Shown piece after piece: positions 62,338 to 64,000 of a stretch of DNA of 64,000 nt. The notes under the pieces were generated by a model, which was given only the letters and a program-made list of their open reading frames with translations, was not told the origin of the DNA and searched no databases. Made by a program: the position numbers and the translations under genes. Source of the DNA: Clostridia bacterium (lineage in GTDB: Bacteria; Bacillota; Clostridia; Christensenellales; UBA1242); NCBI GenBank assembly GCA_900767835.1, contig CAAGAO010000029.1, forward strand, positions 163 through 64,162, read 5' to 3'. Every line of letters starts with the position of its first letter. Position 1 is the stretch's first letter.

Positions 62338-63280
62338 TATTTACTCCTTTCATAGAACCAATATAGTTCATTTCTTTTTCAATTGCTTTTTTAATAGATT
62401 TTTCTTTTCGATACTTTTGATTACTATCCTTTTTAGACTGTTCTAAAAACTCCTCAATATGTTGCTTATGTTCTCTAGCCTTATCTCCCCAAAAGTCCTC
62501 AACAAATTTGGCTTTAGTACTTCGCAAATAAGTCAATATTTCGGCATAAGAGTTAAAATAGAAATTATATCGAGCATTATTTTTATCAGTTCCGGCTTTA
62601 ATAATTTTAAAATTTGGAGATGGATAAACCAATTTATTATCATAAAAATAATAAGGATTTGGAACTGAAGCAATAATATAATCACCATTATTCAATAGAC
62701 AGCGATAATATTTAATCCCAAGTCGTGACTCTTCAAACCAAAGGCCCCAATCAGCATAATTCTTTAAAAAATTTATACGTTCAGTATCATTTTTTAAGAT
62801 AATAAATCGCTCAATACCTTTATTTTCCAAGGAACTGTTTTTTTGTTCAGTCGACTGAACAGCACTATTTGCAGTATTCTTAAAATCACGAATTTGTTTA
62901 GCTGACATATCTGGAATAATAAATGAAAGCAATTCATTAGGTATAGGTAACATTTCAGTCAACTGCGTGAAGTTATATAATTCAAACTCTTTTTTTAAAT
63001 GTTGCTTATGCTCCCCAAATCTATTACAAACGCCAATCAAAGTTGCAGTAGTCGTCTTTTTAAAACCAAAACGAAGTTCTGCCCACTCATAGACATTTTT
63101 ACAAGGGCGACCCTTATTTTCATTAAAAACATTACAACAAAAATATTTGGCATCATCTAAGTAACCACCAATATATATAAAATTATCAGTTGCGCGAGAC
63201 AATCCCTCCTTTATCTTATTAATAGTAAATATCTCATTTTGTTGCCAATCTTCAACAACAATTACATCTTCCATATACAC
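62327..63280 (-). CDS. Hypothetical element protein (317 aa), possibly DNA-binding
   Basis: Long ORF 5 nt downstream of Rep. N-terminal helical region (FGFKKTTTATLIGVCNRFG). No catalytic motif recognised. Confidence 0.55.
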   Translation of the reverse strand: MYMEDVIVVEDWQQNEIFTINKIKEGLSRATDNFIYIGGYLDDAKYFCCNVFNENKGRPCKNVYEWAELRFGFKKTTTATLIGVCNRFGEHKQHLKKEFELYNFTQLTEMLPIPNELLSFIIPDMSAKQIRDFKNTANSAVQSTEQKNSSLENKGIERFIILKNDTERINFLKNYADWGLWFEESRLGIKYYRCLLNNGDYIIASVPNPYYFYDNKLVYPSPNFKIIKAGTDKNNARYNFYFNSYAEILTYLRSTKAKFVEDFWGDKAREHKQHIEEFLEQSKKDSNQKYRKEKSIKKAIEKEMNYIGSMKGVNNEE

Positions 63281-63285
63281 CTCAA

Positions 63286-63999
63286 TTAACTAACATTACT
63301 ATCTTCAAAATCCTCAAGAACCATATGTCTTAAATATTGTTTTTCTAAAGTTACAAAATCATTACAACCACAGTACTTACAACAATGTTGCTCTTGTTCC
63401 TGGTTGCTTAAGGATAAGTCATTTTCAACAGAAATTTCAGACAAATAAAATCTCAAACAACCCCAAGCAGTTAAAGACCGAACACCTTTAAGGACCTTAA
63501 TCATTTCTGACAAATCATTATTATTAATAACGACATTACCTTGTTTAGCTTCAAAAGAAGATTTTGTTAAATATTTGACCGTTTCACGAATACCTTTATT
63601 AATATCATGTTGTAAAAATTTAACATCAACTGACCCTAGTTTGCCAGGCATATTAGTCACAACATTAACGCTATGATTCCATGCGTGCTCTAAAAATTCA
63701 AAATTATTTCCCTTTCCTTTTTTAATACAAAGAACGTGGAAATGAGGATGCCAATCATTACATATACTACCACGTTTAACTTCCAAAGCACGTAAACCAC
63801 CAATATATATTTCATTAAATTTTTTAGCAATACCTTTCTCATCATGCATCATATATCTAAATGCTTTAAGTAAAGTATCGACCCCCTCTTTTAAAGTTTT
63901 TGTACTTTTAATAGTAAACGTAATTAAATCTAACTTATAATCTTTACAACTAGACAATATTTTAGGTAATATACCTTGCAGTTTAGAATACCAAAGCAA
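63286..63999 (-). CDS. rep: Rolling-circle replication initiator (HUH, Rep_1 / pC194-pUB110-like), 5' end outside the window
   Basis: ITFTIKS (motif 1), WHPHFHVLC (HUH motif) and ETVKYLTKS (catalytic Tyr motif). The ORF is open to the window edge. Confidence 0.75.
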   Translation of the reverse strand: MLWYSKLQGILPKILSSCKDYKLDLITFTIKSTKTLKEGVDTLLKAFRYMMHDEKGIAKKFNEIYIGGLRALEVKRGSICNDWHPHFHVLCIKKGKGNNFEFLEHAWNHSVNVVTNMPGKLGSVDVKFLQHDINKGIRETVKYLTKSSFEAKQGNVVINNNDLSEMIKVLKGVRSLTAWGCLRFYLSEISVENDLSLSNQEQEQHCCKYCGCNDFVTLEKQYLRHMVLEDFEDSNVS

Positions 64000-64000
64000 T

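Larger units (their letters stand above)
61368..64000. mobile_element. Left part of an element integrated into tRNA-fMet (rolling-circle Rep, accessory genes); continues beyond the window
   Basis: Starts exactly where the tRNA sequence breaks. Contains an HUH Rep gene and a structured non-coding region. Confidence 0.55.

Noticed and set aside
1-64000. CRISPR arrays, rRNA genes, IS elements with terminal inverted repeats
   Set aside because: I saw no regularly spaced short direct repeats with unique spacers, no rRNA-like conserved blocks, and no transposase ORFs. The only tandem repeats are the 98-bp att relics (61093-61317) and the 11-nt triplet (50411-50443).
1-64000. Mollicute genetic code (UGA = Trp), suggested by the low GC and the lipoprotein richness
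   Set aside because: Long ORFs are intact under the standard code. TGA clearly works as a stop in ATGA stop/start overlaps (3096-3099, 26639-26642, 31866-31869) and at the end of gene 23414..24361.

Overview
The window is AT-rich and uses the standard genetic code: TGA acts as a stop in several ATGA stop/start overlaps. It looks like a lipoprotein-rich, Firmicutes/Mollicutes-like chromosome segment, with almost all genes on the minus strand.

Layout:
- 0.5-4.8 kb: a sugar-phosphate isomerase gene, then an ECF sigma / anti-sigma pair facing a lipoprotein that is a paralogue of the anti-sigma sensor domain.
- 5.09-27.56 kb: a mosaic island at a tRNA-Thr(GGU) locus. It is built from at least three tandem integrative-element modules. 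Each module is delimited by a tRNA 3' half, a conserved hairpin and module-specific 10-nt-phased repeats.
  - Module 1 has an intact integrase and excisionase plus a tightly packed six-gene operon: XRE-HTH, hsdM, hsdS (3' frameshift), an uncharacterised 5-TM protein, hsdR, and a PLD-nuclease/SF2-helicase/DUF3427 fusion.
  - Module 2 carries a single-gene Abi/UG-type reverse transcriptase with its own consensus promoter, a dead integrase, a trio of two small 2-TM proteins plus a transglutaminase-like protein, and a Fic + multi-TM pair.
  - Module 3 is an orphan toxin C-terminal fragment with a tandem-domain immunity gene.
- 27.8-36.9 kb: a NarL-type two-component locus (pseudo-sensor + HisKA_3 kinase, distant LuxR-type regulator) interleaved with four lipoprotein genes and a duplicated regulatory block.
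- 37-51 kb: an amidase-like gene, a solo HicB-like gene, and an ABC exporter operon with two giant surface proteins.
- 51.4-60.5 kb: core genes dapA, aspartokinase, RimK-like ligase, sigH, and parE-parC. parC carries a 239-codon low-complexity N-terminal extension.
- 61.1-64 kb: tandem relics of a tRNA-fMet 3' end, then the start of another integrated element with a rolling-circle Rep cut by the window edge.

The best candidate for an undescribed system is the orphan 5-TM gene translationally coupled inside the Type I R-M operon, at the position PrrC/Rlo genes occupy. The next candidates are the last-gene PLD-helicase-DUF3427 fusion and the 2xTM + transglutaminase-like trio next to the RT. No CRISPR array or rRNA was seen. 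All family assignments come from motifs read by eye; no database search was run.
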